Source: a virus (taxonomy: Duplodnaviria > Caudoviricetes). Taken from it: a DNA stretch of 64,000 bases. The position numbers and the translations under genes were made by a program. Every line of letters starts with the position of its first letter. Position 1 is the stretch's first letter. The stretch spans positions 1,993 through 65,992 of IMG/VR virus record IMGVR_UViG_3300042997_000575. One strand, 5' to 3'. The notes beneath the pieces are model-generated. The model saw nothing but the letters and a program-made list of their open reading frames with translations, was not told the DNA's origin and made no database searches. Shown in pieces: positions 18,715-28,974 of this stretch.

Positions 18715-19950
18715 TTACGAAGATAAAAAATCTTTCTTGAAATAAGATAAGGTGTAATCCTTTTTTTCTTGCACAATTTTATAAATCTTTTCTTCTATGC
18801 CACCCTTAGAAAATATCCAATAGATATCATTAAACTTTCTATCAATGGTGGTCATGCGATCACGTGATTGCCAATAAGAAACAGAAGAGAAATCTATATT
18901 ATAGTACACCAAAGCCTCAGCATTTTTAAGGCTTATGCCCTCCCTACCTGACTGAATCTGTAGGGCGATGCTCTTGTTGGTAGAATTAAATTCCTCCAAG
19001 TCATCGGTAAGATTATCCCCAAATATTTGTTTAAGCAAATCCCACTCAGCCTTAAACTTATAGAAGATACCTATCTTTTTACCATGAAATGCTCTAACAA
19101 TAAACTGAGCCTTAGAGTCATCAAGTATTTGTCGCTTGCCTGACTCAAGTATAATAGTGCCACTATACATCTGATGTAACTTGCTCATTAACTTAGCACC
19201 GGTATCAGCTAAGATGACATCATCCTTGCCTTGTATGACTAAGTCTTTCTTTAGTTTGTCACACATAGCATAGGTAGATGCTTTCATGGGAGTAAAATAA
19301 ATAATCTCTTTAATCTTAGACTCAAAGCCTGACTCCTCTTGGGTATGCGTAATGATTAAATGATTGATAGCATTCTTTATGTTAGGTTCCAACGCTTGGC
19401 TGTAGTCATTTACCTTCATCGCCCCAATGTATTTGATCTTGACCTTAACAAACTCATTAGCCCATCTGTAAAAATTTACATAACTTCTAAATGGATTGTT
19501 AGGATGCACATACAATTGATGGTATACTTGAGAATAACTTTCAGGGGTAGGAGTACCTGATAAAAATATCACCTTGCTCCTATACTTGTGGACCAAATCT
19601 TTAACCTGCTTGGCACGCTTGCTAGGCTTAGGGAATGCCCCTAAGGTGTGAGCCTCATCACAGATAATTACATCAAATTTTAAACCTTCAAGTTTATGTA
19701 ACGACTCATAATTTAAACATGTAAGTTTAAAGTCACACCCTAAATCTCTATGGTCTTTCTCTATGCCCGGTATCACTTTTAACTTAGTGATAAACAAAAC
19801 ATTAGATGCACATAACTTATCGCATATAGACATAGCTGTCAATGTCTTACCTGTTCTAACCTCCATGGCTAGATATAGTAAACCATGTTGACTAATAATG
19901 CCAAGCCCTTCTTTTACTATTCGTTTTTGGTAACTCCGTAATTGTATCAT
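18715..19950 (-). CDS. SF2 (SNF2-like) helicase
   Basis: LRSYQ Q-motif, EVRTGKT Walker A, DEAH, LSGTP, QSGREGISL, QSRDR. Confidence 0.9.
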   Translation of the reverse strand: MIQLRSYQKRIVKEGLGIISQHGLLYLAMEVRTGKTLTAMSICDKLCASNVLFITKLKVIPGIEKDHRDLGCDFKLTCLNYESLHKLEGLKFDVIICDEAHTLGAFPKPSKRAKQVKDLVHKYRSKVIFLSGTPTPESYSQVYHQLYVHPNNPFRSYVNFYRWANEFVKVKIKYIGAMKVNDYSQALEPNIKNAINHLIITHTQEESGFESKIKEIIYFTPMKASTYAMCDKLKKDLVIQGKDDVILADTGAKLMSKLHQMYSGTIILESGKRQILDDSKAQFIVRAFHGKKIGIFYKFKAEWDLLKQIFGDNLTDDLEEFNSTNKSIALQIQSGREGISLKNAEALVYYNIDFSSVSYWQSRDRMTTIDRKFNDIYWIFSKGGIEEKIYKIVQEKKDYTLSYFKKDFLSS

Positions 19951-20104
19951 ATTTGTTTATTTCTAAAAAGTATTCACATTGTTGTCTCCCTTCTTCGGGC
20001 TCAAAACGTGCAGTTGCTTGGTAATCTGATGGGATAGCCATGAATCTATAGCATAATCTATGAGATGGGCAATCCGAGTTTTGGCACATGGATATATCAG
20101 GCAT
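19892..20104 (-). CDS. Small Cys-rich hypothetical protein
   Basis: MPDISMCxxxxCPxxxxCYRF pattern, commonly seen in Bacteroidota phages. Confidence 0.65.
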   Translation of the reverse strand: MPDISMCQNSDCPSHRLCYRFMAIPSDYQATARFEPEEGRQQCEYFLEINKYDTITELPKTNSKRRAWHY

Positions 20105-20357
20105 CTAAGTATCTTTTAATTGAGTTAATTACTTGGTTGAAATCAATTGCGTATGCAGTCTTTATACTAAAGTGTCTACGATTATATATCCATTGATCAG
20201 GCATTTCAAAAAATTGGATAACCAAGTAATGATAATTGCCTGCCGGTCTAAGGATCATTAGATTCTTAGAATCATTTACGTTCATAAAAGGAATGTCGTT
20301 TTCCTTTAGATGTCTCTTTACTTTACTAATAAAGTAATCTGTTATTCTAGTTGACAT
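20097..20357 (-). CDS. Hypothetical protein
   Basis: 86 aa, coupled to the primase stop codon. Confidence 0.6.
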   Translation of the reverse strand: MSTRITDYFISKVKRHLKENDIPFMNVNDSKNLMILRPAGNYHYLVIQFFEMPDQWIYNRRHFSIKTAYAIDFNQVINSIKRYLDA

Positions 20358-22729
20358 TATATTAAATCTAATTGTTCTTTATAGTTAAACATCATCCACT
20401 TGCCTCCGCCATCTCTACCCTCGGTAGGATTGTTACCGGTTTTATGGAGGCAATAGGTTCTCAACCAAGCATTAAATCTTTGCTTGGACAGCATTCTAAA
20501 CATGCCATTGTTATCTGCGATAAACTTATCGAACGCTTTGTCAGGTCTAATCTTCTCGTTTAGTGGCACAACACTCGCCCCAAACTCATACACCCACTCA
20601 GCAAACTCTGAGTTGGTCTCAGCCCTAAACTTCCGTTCTTTAAGGTTAATAAACTCGCACTTAACCAAGCCTGTGTTAAGATACCCTTGTAGCACCTTGA
20701 CCATGTAATTGTCAAATGCACACCAGTCATCCACGTTCCAGTCATTAAAGAGTAAACGCTTGAACTCATCCTGAGGAGTGAAGTCCTTAGTATAAAACTG
20801 CTTAAACTCCATCTCCCACTTACGCCTCTCGAAAGAGTTACCTTTGCCTTGAATGGCATAGTTAGTGGTGATGACCACCTTGGGTGACTTATGGAATGGA
20901 ATCTTAATGGCATCCTTGTTTTTACGCTCAATGGTGATTCCCTCTGTGATCACAGAGAATAATCTCTCGAAGTCAAAATTCTTGCGAACGTCATCAAAGA
21001 TTAGCACCTGCGTGTCTGTAGTAACCAACTGATAAGCAAATGACTTATCAAATGCAAAGGACTTGCCATCAATGGTAACCGCCTTCTTCATACGGCCTAT
21101 GCCGTTCATGAATAGGCCCTTACCTGTGCCACCCTCAGGGTTCTCTGATATCACCTCATCATTAATAATGACTGCCGGGCAGTACCCACCATTCTTAAAT
21201 GCGTGAAGGATGAACCCCATGGTCGACTCGATGGACGAAATGCGTTTGTCATCATTGCCACCGATGTTGCGTATAAACTGCTTGTAATCACAATCATCAG
21301 ATGGGCAAAAGATAAAGTCTCTTTGTATCACTTGATCAGCCCAGATGTAACCACCTAAGTCCTCATAGTTTAATAAAGTCTTTGAGTCCTTAGTCACCTT
21401 GACCACGCCATTCTTATAGTACAGATACGCCTCATCCTTAGTGTCCTCAACAAAGTAAATGGACACCGAGTCAAGCATAGATAAGAAGTCTTCTCTAAAG
21501 AATCTAGTCTTGTCAGCAAAGAAATTGTACACCGATAGGTCTTGAAAATTAGTAAGGATATGGTTTAGCACGAAGTCTTTCATGTCATCCTCAGTACACA
21601 TCTCTATGAGATTCTGATTGATACGAACAAAGATAAATCCCTTGTTACCCTCAGGCACATACTTGCGATAGCCATGCTCCTCCAAGAATCTTTTAAGGTC
21701 GTAGTGTATCAATGACACCACACCCTTATCGCTCTTAGCCCAAAATATATTCTTACTCTCCTCCTCCTCAATCTTAGTTAAGACTGAGTCAATGGTTCCG
21801 TCCTCCACTCCGGAGGCTTTCAATTGAGAACGGACATCCTTTTTTGGCACACCCTTGTTTAGTTGCAACTTAACTTGGCTAACACGTTGTGTGTCCTCAA
21901 AGTATTTAGTTGCGTGCTGATCGGTGAGCTTGTAGGCTGACTCAATGATAGTCTGAATCTCCTTGGAGTTAAAGTCATCAGATGAAAATACCATGAACCG
22001 ATACATAGCCTCAGACTTAGTCACACCATACTGATTGAAAGCGGAGGCTAATATAAATAAGTTGTTGTTGCGAGCCCCTGCTACGAAGCCATACTTGCCA
22101 TCCCACCACTTAACAAGTCTGTTTATAATCTCGTCCTCATCATCAATAGGTATGGTAGGTCGTTGCTCCCTAGTCACGTGGTCAATCTCCCCCTCATCAA
22201 TTTGATTCCACTCATGTGAGTTTAAGTTGACATAGATGGTCGGGTCAAATGACTCATAGCATACCCTCGATATATTCTTGGATGTCTTATCAAACTGCTC
22301 GCAGTCATAGTAGTTCTCAAGGGCATTGAAGAATGACTTATGCTTCTCAGGGTTATCAGGTATTTTAACTAATACCTTTAGGCCATTACCCGATGGTGAC
22401 ACAAACACAGAGAATGTGTATTGGTCAGCTGACAACTCCTCCTTCTTGGCCAACATCTCTGCATGGCTAGGGAAGTTATCAAAGTCCAAACAGATGAGCC
22501 CACTATGTTTAATCAATGAGCCATCATCACGCTTAGAGAATTTTCCTGAGAAGCATATAGCAGGTAAGTCCTGCTTTAATTTATTGCGTGTCTCCTTATC
22601 TTTCTCTAGTCTAATCTTACGGACCAGATCCTTTGTCTTACCATCTTTTATCCTGACTAATATATCAAGGACATCTTTATGGAAGGGGACTGAGGTCTCT
22701 TTAATGTTTCTAAAAATCGTTACTTCCAT
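20357..22729 (-). CDS. Primase-helicase (BT4734/VirE-N primase domain, PriCT, SF3 helicase)
   Basis: LPAICFSG...HSGLICLDFD...FVSPSGNGLKV; GARNNNLF PriCT segment; GGTGKGLF Walker A; LIFDD Walker B; ITTN motif C. Confidence 0.9.
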   Translation of the reverse strand: MEVTIFRNIKETSVPFHKDVLDILVRIKDGKTKDLVRKIRLEKDKETRNKLKQDLPAICFSGKFSKRDDGSLIKHSGLICLDFDNFPSHAEMLAKKEELSADQYTFSVFVSPSGNGLKVLVKIPDNPEKHKSFFNALENYYDCEQFDKTSKNISRVCYESFDPTIYVNLNSHEWNQIDEGEIDHVTREQRPTIPIDDEDEIINRLVKWWDGKYGFVAGARNNNLFILASAFNQYGVTKSEAMYRFMVFSSDDFNSKEIQTIIESAYKLTDQHATKYFEDTQRVSQVKLQLNKGVPKKDVRSQLKASGVEDGTIDSVLTKIEEEESKNIFWAKSDKGVVSLIHYDLKRFLEEHGYRKYVPEGNKGFIFVRINQNLIEMCTEDDMKDFVLNHILTNFQDLSVYNFFADKTRFFREDFLSMLDSVSIYFVEDTKDEAYLYYKNGVVKVTKDSKTLLNYEDLGGYIWADQVIQRDFIFCPSDDCDYKQFIRNIGGNDDKRISSIESTMGFILHAFKNGGYCPAVIINDEVISENPEGGTGKGLFMNGIGRMKKAVTIDGKSFAFDKSFAYQLVTTDTQVLIFDDVRKNFDFERLFSVITEGITIERKNKDAIKIPFHKSPKVVITTNYAIQGKGNSFERRKWEMEFKQFYTKDFTPQDEFKRLLFNDWNVDDWCAFDNYMVKVLQGYLNTGLVKCEFINLKERKFRAETNSEFAEWVYEFGASVVPLNEKIRPDKAFDKFIADNNGMFRMLSKQRFNAWLRTYCLHKTGNNPTEGRDGGGKWMMFNYKEQLDLI

Positions 22730-22950
22730 GGCTTATATTTGATTTGAAAATAAAATACAATCCAAGTAAAAGTTATTGTTCCAACTTTAGGATACAAGGA
22801 TAAACTAGGTAGAATTTCTATGTAATCTATAGTACTAAAGGTTGTTTTCATTTCGTTTTAATTAAAGTGAGCATTTTGTTCACAAAAAAGTGTACAAAAT
22901 TTATTAAAGTTGGTTGATTTAAATAACTAGTATATAGTTAGTTATCTTTT

Positions 22951-23025
22951 TTTATGTACAAAGTGTACAAAATAAGAGGAATAATTAGAAAAAATATTTT
23001 ATTGCCGAACTATAAAATATATATA
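22951..23025. repeat. Origin-like AT-rich element, copy A (imperfect repeat of 31498-31573)
   Basis: TTTATGTAcAAAGTGTACAAAATA...GGAA...TAGAAAAAA..TTTT...ATAAAATATATATA, between the primase and SSB genes. An extra AAGTGTACAAAA lies near 22890. Confidence 0.6.
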
Positions 23026-23063
23026 CACCTAATTACCCCCTCACTTTGTACATCTTTTACATA

Positions 23064-23372
23064 TTAGAATGGAAGATCATCTCCCTCTTCTACCTTTGAT
23101 TCAGAACTAGGACTAGGTGTTGGTTTAGCAGGTGCATTAGATCCACCATCAGATGACCATACTAACTTGCCATTACCTAAGTAGTTCTTCTTCTCCTTTG
23201 CCTCACGCTCCTCCTTAGAATGCGACTCGTATACTGCTAGTACATTGCCATACTGGTCTGCCTCATCATTTACTGAGATAGTAATGTTGAGGTAGTTACC
23301 TTTTGCTCCTTTGATTAACTTATCCTTGGAGATTTTTGATACATCTAATGATGCAGAAAATAATTGTGCCAT
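23064..23372 (-). CDS. ssb: Single-stranded DNA-binding protein
   Basis: Bacteroidota phage SSB pattern (SLDVSKI...KGNYLNITI...DQYGN) with acidic DDLPF tail. Confidence 0.8.
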   Translation of the reverse strand: MAQLFSASLDVSKISKDKLIKGAKGNYLNITISVNDEADQYGNVLAVYESHSKEEREAKEKKNYLGNGKLVWSSDGGSNAPAKPTPSPSSESKVEEGDDLPF

Positions 23373-23374
23373 TG

Positions 23375-24106
23375 TTATAAAGTTTGAATTGTGAAATACT
23401 GAGTAATATCATCGGTCGCACTTGGACCAAAAAATTTATTGTATACATCGATTGCTTTGTATACCTTCTCTCTGCCTCTGTCCAAGAACTCATCGCTACA
23501 TTCAAACAGACCTGTACGGCATGTCTCCTTTTCAACAACAATGAATACCATTGGCTTACCAAATAATTGATTATATATATATGCTTGACTATCGTAATTA
23601 TACTTGCGTGCTGAGTACTTAAACTCATCCAAATTTCCACTTGTTTTTAAATCAATGATGACATCATGACTAACAATGTCAGCCTTCCCCTTCCATTGTA
23701 TGCCACCTATCTCACCAATAGCCGGTTGCTCATACACATTTAACATGTCACGAATCATATCATAGAAAGTTATGTTGCTCAGAATGGTCTGTGCCATTCT
23801 TTCACAGTCATCAACTTCTTTCTGCAATAATAACATGTCTGTGCCATGCTCTTTTAACGCATCCTTATATAGGTTGGTGGATCGTGTCGATGCATCGACT
23901 GCTATGTAGTCCTTCACCTTATCAGGCTCAAGGATTGATGCATGAAAATATGACCCCTGCAACATAGCAGGAGTCTTATCTTTAGGCAAACCAAATTGTG
24001 ATGGGTTGCTTAATAGCGTACCGATATCTGAGTTAGACAGATAGTTCTTGCCAATGCCTGAGTAATACTCAGTATCGCTCTTTAATGTCTTTAATATTTC
24101 CTTCAT
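23375..24106 (-). CDS. RecE-like PD-(D/E)xK exonuclease (DUF3799-like)
   Basis: LSNSDI...GSYFHASILEP...KGKADI...IIDLKTS...YDSQAYIY; next to an annealase. Confidence 0.85.
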   Translation of the reverse strand: MKEILKTLKSDTEYYSGIGKNYLSNSDIGTLLSNPSQFGLPKDKTPAMLQGSYFHASILEPDKVKDYIAVDASTRSTNLYKDALKEHGTDMLLLQKEVDDCERMAQTILSNITFYDMIRDMLNVYEQPAIGEIGGIQWKGKADIVSHDVIIDLKTSGNLDEFKYSARKYNYDSQAYIYNQLFGKPMVFIVVEKETCRTGLFECSDEFLDRGREKVYKAIDVYNKFFGPSATDDITQYFTIQTL

Positions 24107-24708
24107 TATTTTCTAAGTTTATCGATTGATTTTTTAACTGCCTCTGAGATGTCATACTTAACTGATAGTTTCTTTATCACCTCCTCAGTACTCATGCCCA
24201 TGTTGTCTATGACAAAGTTTGACACCTTCACCCAATTGTCATCACCCTCCACTAATTTAATCTTAGCAGTTGATTTGGCTTGAGTCTTAACTGGAGCTGG
24301 GCCTGACCCATCAGCTTCTGAAGGGAAGTCCTCCTTAGCATAGATGTTTAAAGCTAGGCCATGTAATGCTAGTGCCTTCACCGTTGATCGTTGTATCGTT
24401 TTGTTGACATCGTACGATGTAAGGTTAGCCAATGGGATTGACTTGTTCATGTGGTTCATCACTGGTAGGTAGTCAATATGCTCCTGACCTTGAATGGTCA
24501 CCCCTACCTTTACCCATGCCGTAGCCCCATCGCTGAAGTAGTTCATGCATGTCTCCGACTCATACACTTTGCGTGTCATGTCAGGAAATAATTTCTTGCA
24601 TTCCCCCCAGGCATGAGCCCAGGATAAGTAAGTTAGATTGCCCCTTTTCTCTGTCTTAGAGCTGAGGTTAAGCGAGCTGAGTTGCTCGAATACTGATTTG
24701 TTACTCAT
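24106..24708 (-). CDS. sak: Sak / DUF1071 single-strand annealing protein (start revised to MSNKSV)
   Basis: LTYLSWAHAW...WVKVGVTI...LPVMNHMNK...DVNKTIQRSTVKALALHGL. A promoter box at 24735-24742 lies inside the longer ORF call. Confidence 0.85.
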   Translation of the reverse strand: MSNKSVFEQLSSLNLSSKTEKRGNLTYLSWAHAWGECKKLFPDMTRKVYESETCMNYFSDGATAWVKVGVTIQGQEHIDYLPVMNHMNKSIPLANLTSYDVNKTIQRSTVKALALHGLALNIYAKEDFPSEADGSGPAPVKTQAKSTAKIKLVEGDDNWVKVSNFVIDNMGMSTEEVIKKLSVKYDISEAVKKSIDKLRK

Positions 24709-24734
24709 ATTAGATTGGATTAAAATGTGTGCGA

Positions 24735-24742
24735 CAAAGATA
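24735..24742 (-). promoter_or_regulatory. Bacteroidota -7 box (TATCTTTG)
   Basis: Minus strand, 26 nt upstream of the sak ATG. Confidence 0.6.
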
Positions 24743-24772
24743 AAATAATATTTTATAAAAACAAATTCAATA

Positions 24773-25090
24773 TTATTTAGATACAGATGATTCTTTATAT
24801 AGTGCAAAACCTAGTAATAAATAATTGTATAGGTCATGCCATCTGCTATCTAATGGCTCTGCTTGTTTAAGATTTGGATTCTTAATGTGAGCCTGAATAC
24901 TTGACAATTGCTTGTCAAAAAAGATTGACCACACTTGCATCGGGTCAACGCCAGCCCTGATGGCTGACTGCTTAAAGTTGTTGAGAATATCTGTATTCTC
25001 AAGGGTATATTCGGGTTGTTTTTTTCTCCGAATATCTTCAGCCTCTACTCTTAGAATAGAAACGACTGCATTAAATTCTTCTTGTATCAT
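24773..25090 (-). CDS. DUF1599 / Nmad1-like all-alpha (MazG-like) protein
   Basis: KKxxEY...DILNNFK...DK...RWHDLYNYLLL pattern. Confidence 0.6.
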   Translation of the reverse strand: MIQEEFNAVVSILRVEAEDIRRKKQPEYTLENTDILNNFKQSAIRAGVDPMQVWSIFFDKQLSSIQAHIKNPNLKQAEPLDSRWHDLYNYLLLGFALYKESSVSK

Positions 25091-25405
25091 CTTATTTGTT
25101 TGTAAGGTTTGTAATTATAATCACGCTTTAATGTGTTAATCATTTTGTATCTACTTTTAGGAATTCTTGGCTTGCAATAGTTCCTGTGGCATGCTTGACA
25201 GATGATCAACACTACCATGATTATAAGTATTCTCATTATTTATTATTATTAGTTGCTTTCTCGTGAGCTGACCACAACAATAATGGCCAACAAATAAATA
25301 GTACAAGTAACATGTTCTCTTTTAAGACTACATCATTTGAACATATTGCTAATGTTGTACTTGCAATTATCCCACATAGGGACGTTAAAAAAACTGCTTT
25401 CATAT

Positions 25406-25606
25406 TTAGTTTAGATTAAAATGTTTTTTTCTTAATTGATTATACTCTATTACTTTCGGGTCTTTCTCCATTGCCTTGATGCTTTTAACAACATGAGCGT
25501 AGAAAAAACTTAAACATACTAAAGCTACCGCTATAGCTAAAATGACTATAAAATCAATAATATACTTTCCAAGTTGCATCTTTCTTTGTGAATGTTGTGT
25601 CTCCAT
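25406..25606 (-). CDS. Small membrane protein
   Basis: One transmembrane segment (FIVILAIAVALVCLSFFY); start uncertain. Confidence 0.5.
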   Translation of the reverse strand: METQHSQRKMQLGKYIIDFIVILAIAVALVCLSFFYAHVVKSIKAMEKDPKVIEYNQLRKKHFNLN

Positions 25607-25665
25607 ATTTTTTATCGATATACATACTATCTAGAGTATCATCCCAAATTATGTCGGGTGCTACC

Positions 25666-25989
25666 TCAAATGGTGGTTGAGCTGGTGCGTTCAGCACGCT
25701 CGATAATGCCACCAAGTTTATTATAATTAGCAAGATTGTTTTCATTTGATTTATATTTTTTAATGCCATACAAAATGGATGTATGCCCAATTGGATACCC
25801 ATACCTTTCGCAATATCTTTGTATCTCCGCTACCCTAATGCCTGCATCATGGCATAAATAATAAAAATGATGCCGAGCGTTTGAGCATGGAAATGCTTTT
25901 GTATTACGAAACATATCTAGTTTCTTTATGCGATGTCGATATACTATCTTCTTAGCAATCACATCAATTAGTTCTATATCTGTTACCAT
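25666..25989 (-). CDS. DnaA C-terminal-like HTH DNA-binding protein
   Basis: ARHHFYYLC...IGHTSILYGIKK resembles the DnaA domain IV HxTVxxxxxK signature. Confidence 0.6.
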   Translation of the reverse strand: MVTDIELIDVIAKKIVYRHRIKKLDMFRNTKAFPCSNARHHFYYLCHDAGIRVAEIQRYCERYGYPIGHTSILYGIKKYKSNENNLANYNKLGGIIERAERTSSTTI

Positions 25990-26293
25990 TATACCTTAAA
26001 AATAAAATGTGCTAAATAAAATAAAATACTGCAAGCGATGAGCCATATTATAATGGCATACTTAACATGTGAATTGTCTTTCATAAAATTGAAATTAAAA
26101 AGTTTATAACTAAAACGATTGTAACGGCCCAACATACATACATGACATAGGCTATTCTAACTAATTTATCTTCTTCCACAATGAATGATTTTTGTAATAC
26201 CTAATAAAGATATTGATAGGATTAAAGATTGAAAAAAATAACCAAGCATCATCAAAACAAAAATAAAAATTGTCATCGAAATTTGTATCACTC

Positions 26294-26530
26294 TCATAAG
26301 TATTGGATTGCTATAGTTTTAAATTGATCAGCCAAGTATTCTCGTGAACTATCATATGCAGTCCACAACCAATTAGCATCCTCATATACCTGAAGTATAT
26401 ACTTGTTGCTTTCCTTCGGTTTGTTGAAGGTCACTTGCAGTGTCAAATTCGATTGCGAAATGGCTAGATACCTTCCTGCCTTTCGGCCATTTAATATCAG
26501 CTCTATGAACTGTTCGATTGAATTTTGCAT
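26294..26530 (-). CDS. Hypothetical early protein
   Basis: 78 aa; overlapping alternative ORF 26382-26591, so start uncertain. Confidence 0.45.
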   Translation of the reverse strand: MQNSIEQFIELILNGRKAGRYLAISQSNLTLQVTFNKPKESNKYILQVYEDANWLWTAYDSSREYLADQFKTIAIQYL

Positions 26531-26642
26531 GCTTTTCTAATTGATTTTGGATGTAAATAGCCCATTGGCTAAAAGGTCTTTCGTTATTCATAATGTTTAT
26601 TTTTTGTGTAATTTAAAGTTTATATTTTTAAAAAACAATAGG

Positions 26643-26876
26643 CTAACTAGCTTCGTCTATCTTGGTTAAGTAATAGTCATACCAAAAGTTAAACTCGTCT
26701 TGCAGTTCTTCAGTGTACATTATCACGCCTGAATCTTCATCTTCTTTATAGATGTCATCATAATGGAATTCGAGTAATTCTTTTACACTCTCGCATCTAC
26801 GTTTGCACGCATACATAACAAGCATTCTGTCTTCAGCTAGTTCACTAGCTAGTTCAATTTCATTTACGTTTTTCAT
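26643..26876 (-). CDS. Hypothetical early protein
   Basis: 77 aa acidic, tandem small-gene array. Confidence 0.65.
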   Translation of the reverse strand: MKNVNEIELASELAEDRMLVMYACKRRCESVKELLEFHYDDIYKEDEDSGVIMYTEELQDEFNFWYDYYLTKIDEAS

Positions 26877-26887
26877 ATTTAAGTGAT

Positions 26888-27085
26888 TTAAATTTGCATA
26901 AAATAATGTTCAATACATTCGTACAATCCTTTGGTATCATCATTAGAATGGGACGTTAAAAAATCTTCATACAATTTTATAATGTCTCCAAATAATAAAT
27001 CGTATTCTAACTCAATATCAATTTTCCCGTAAGAAAAAGCTAATTGAGTAAATAAGAAAAAATCATAATCATATTTAGGTGTCAT
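26888..27085 (-). CDS. Hypothetical early protein
   Basis: 65 aa, tandem array. Confidence 0.6.
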   Translation of the reverse strand: MTPKYDYDFFLFTQLAFSYGKIDIELEYDLLFGDIIKLYEDFLTSHSNDDTKGLYECIEHYFMQI

Positions 27086-27089
27086 GTGA

Positions 27090-27347
27090 TTAATGTTTAG
27101 TAATTCGTCTATTAATATTTTTAGTTAAGCCTTTCGCCTCGCATGTAATATGCATGCACACTAGACTTTCATCGAACCAATTAGGAACCATTGACAACAA
27201 TACATTAGTCACCTCGTCGAAGGATCCGTAGCCATTGCTACGGATGTGTGGAGTTAATAATTTACCCCTCGAATTACTCGCATAAAAAATAAGCACGTCG
27301 CTTTTTGCTAGTTTAAAAATTGGCTTTTTCATATTATAATTCATCAA
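27090..27347 (-). CDS. Hypothetical early protein
   Basis: 85 aa, tandem array. Confidence 0.6.
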   Translation of the reverse strand: MMNYNMKKPIFKLAKSDVLIFYASNSRGKLLTPHIRSNGYGSFDEVTNVLLSMVPNWFDESLVCMHITCEAKGLTKNINRRITKH

Positions 27348-27672
27348 GTTGTAAAAATTCAGGTACTTTATAATACGCCATCATGTAGTCAATAAATTCG
27401 CCATCAGACATCATATCATCAGGATCAATCATCTTAAAGAATTCTTTCCATCGTCTTTCATTTTTTGCCATCTCAATAGCCTTAATATCTTCGTAGAATA
27501 TTTCTACATATCCATCCCATCCTACCACTGCATCCATTAAATCTTTAAGTAATGACGTGCGTTCGTTGTATTTAACAATGACATAGTGGAAATTATCATC
27601 CAAAAGACCTTTGACTCCACGTTCTTCGAATGCTCGGACTGAATCGAGTCCCATTAAAAAATACTTGTCCAT
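27334..27672 (-). CDS. Hypothetical early protein
   Basis: 112 aa, tandem array. Confidence 0.65.
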   Translation of the reverse strand: MDKYFLMGLDSVRAFEERGVKGLLDDNFHYVIVKYNERTSLLKDLMDAVVGWDGYVEIFYEDIKAIEMAKNERRWKEFFKMIDPDDMMSDGEFIDYMMAYYKVPEFLQLDEL

Positions 27673-27674
27673 AA

Positions 27675-27872
27675 TTATAATTCGTTAGGGTTATTTAAAA
27701 ACATAATTGATTCTAATATTGAATTTGTATCAGCGTCGTATAAATCTTCTTCAACATGCTGAATAATTTCTACATCTGAATCCCTATCATATCGATGATA
27801 AAGGCTTACATTGGATAAATCATAGACCTTGTCTAGCTCCAATAAATAATTTAATAGTTCTTTTGCGTTCAT
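27675..27872 (-). CDS. Hypothetical early protein
   Basis: 65 aa, tandem array. Confidence 0.6.
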   Translation of the reverse strand: MNAKELLNYLLELDKVYDLSNVSLYHRYDRDSDVEIIQHVEEDLYDADTNSILESIMFLNNPNEL

Positions 27873-27873
27873 T

Positions 27874-28095
27874 TTATAAGTTATTTAAATAGTTTAAAAT
27901 TTTAGTTGTGTCAAATCCTTCTAGATTATCTAAATAATCTTCTAGATCATTCCCAATATTTGAGAATGTTTTTTCTTCTAGGATCTCTTTAGTTTTTTTA
28001 TCTACAAGTTTGGCAAATATTACGCCACCTAGTGACGTAATAATATAGAGTTTATGATCTATTGCCTTGAATGCTTTTCGTGCCATCTTATCCAA
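27874..28095 (-). CDS. Hypothetical early protein
   Basis: 73 aa, tandem array. Confidence 0.6.
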   Translation of the reverse strand: MDKMARKAFKAIDHKLYIITSLGGVIFAKLVDKKTKEILEEKTFSNIGNDLEDYLDNLEGFDTTKILNYLNNL

Positions 28096-28483
28096 AAACT
28101 ACTTCGCCCATGGTTGCTATTTGAAGCCATACGTCTGCATCGTCCGCATCATATTCTTCTCTCATAATTCTAGATAGACATCCTTTATAATCCCTAGACA
28201 TAACATTAAATGCATTGGCAATAGAATCATAAGTAACAGCCCCAAGCAAATCTGCATTTTCTTCGTCATCGTCGCACGTTTCACGATCGTATACGTTCAC
28301 TTTATACTTTTTATCGATCATAAATGATCTAGTTAAATTGTCCGTAAATGTTAACGATCCATCTTTTATAAAATGGGTTTCGTCTATGTCCCCAAGCATG
28401 TACCAATAATTTGATCCACCTTCTAATGCAGTGCATAAAAGATCGCCTATAATTGTTTCTGAAATATTAAATTTGATTTCCAT
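28088..28483 (-). CDS. Hypothetical early protein
   Basis: 131 aa; TALEGGSNYW and DADDADVWLQ...GEVVFG pattern recalled from other phage early genes. Confidence 0.7.
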   Translation of the reverse strand: MEIKFNISETIIGDLLCTALEGGSNYWYMLGDIDETHFIKDGSLTFTDNLTRSFMIDKKYKVNVYDRETCDDDEENADLLGAVTYDSIANAFNVMSRDYKGCLSRIMREEYDADDADVWLQIATMGEVVFG

Positions 28484-28485
28484 GA

Positions 28486-28749
28486 TTAAATTGTTTTTAA
28501 GATTTTTTTAATTATTGTAAAATGTTTTTCGCTTGCATCTTCTAGGGTTAATCCATAATTTAAAAAATTATTATGGACCAATCGCCTTTCCTCAATGCTT
28601 GCATCCCTTAAATAATGTCGGTATTCATAGGACCAAAAATATGCAAGGCCCATATAATCAGGTGATCCTATAAATTTTTGATCTAATTCATGCATTTTTA
28701 TAAATGCATTTGTAGTAATTGAATTTAAATTTAGTTTGTCCATGATCAT
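28486..28749 (-). CDS. Hypothetical early protein
   Basis: 87 aa, tandem array. Confidence 0.6.
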   Translation of the reverse strand: MIMDKLNLNSITTNAFIKMHELDQKFIGSPDYMGLAYFWSYEYRHYLRDASIEERRLVHNNFLNYGLTLEDASEKHFTIIKKILKTI

Positions 28750-28973
28750 ATATTATTTAAAATAAATGTTTTGATCTCATTTGCTTTGTTTATGCAGAGT
28801 CTATGCTCTAAAAAATTTGTTAGGTATTCCGTCTCAAATTCTACATATTTCGGGTTCCCGAAATAAAAATTTATTTCTTCTGTATCTGTTTTTATGTTAG
28901 TTAATTTTGTGCGGTCCTTAATAAATACCTTGTATTTACTTTCCTTTGGTCCTAGGTTAAATGTTTTTTGCAT
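28746..28973 (-). CDS. Hypothetical early protein
   Basis: 75 aa, tandem array. Confidence 0.6.
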   Translation of the reverse strand: MQKTFNLGPKESKYKVFIKDRTKLTNIKTDTEEINFYFGNPKYVEFETEYLTNFLEHRLCINKANEIKTFILNNI

Positions 28974-28974
28974 T

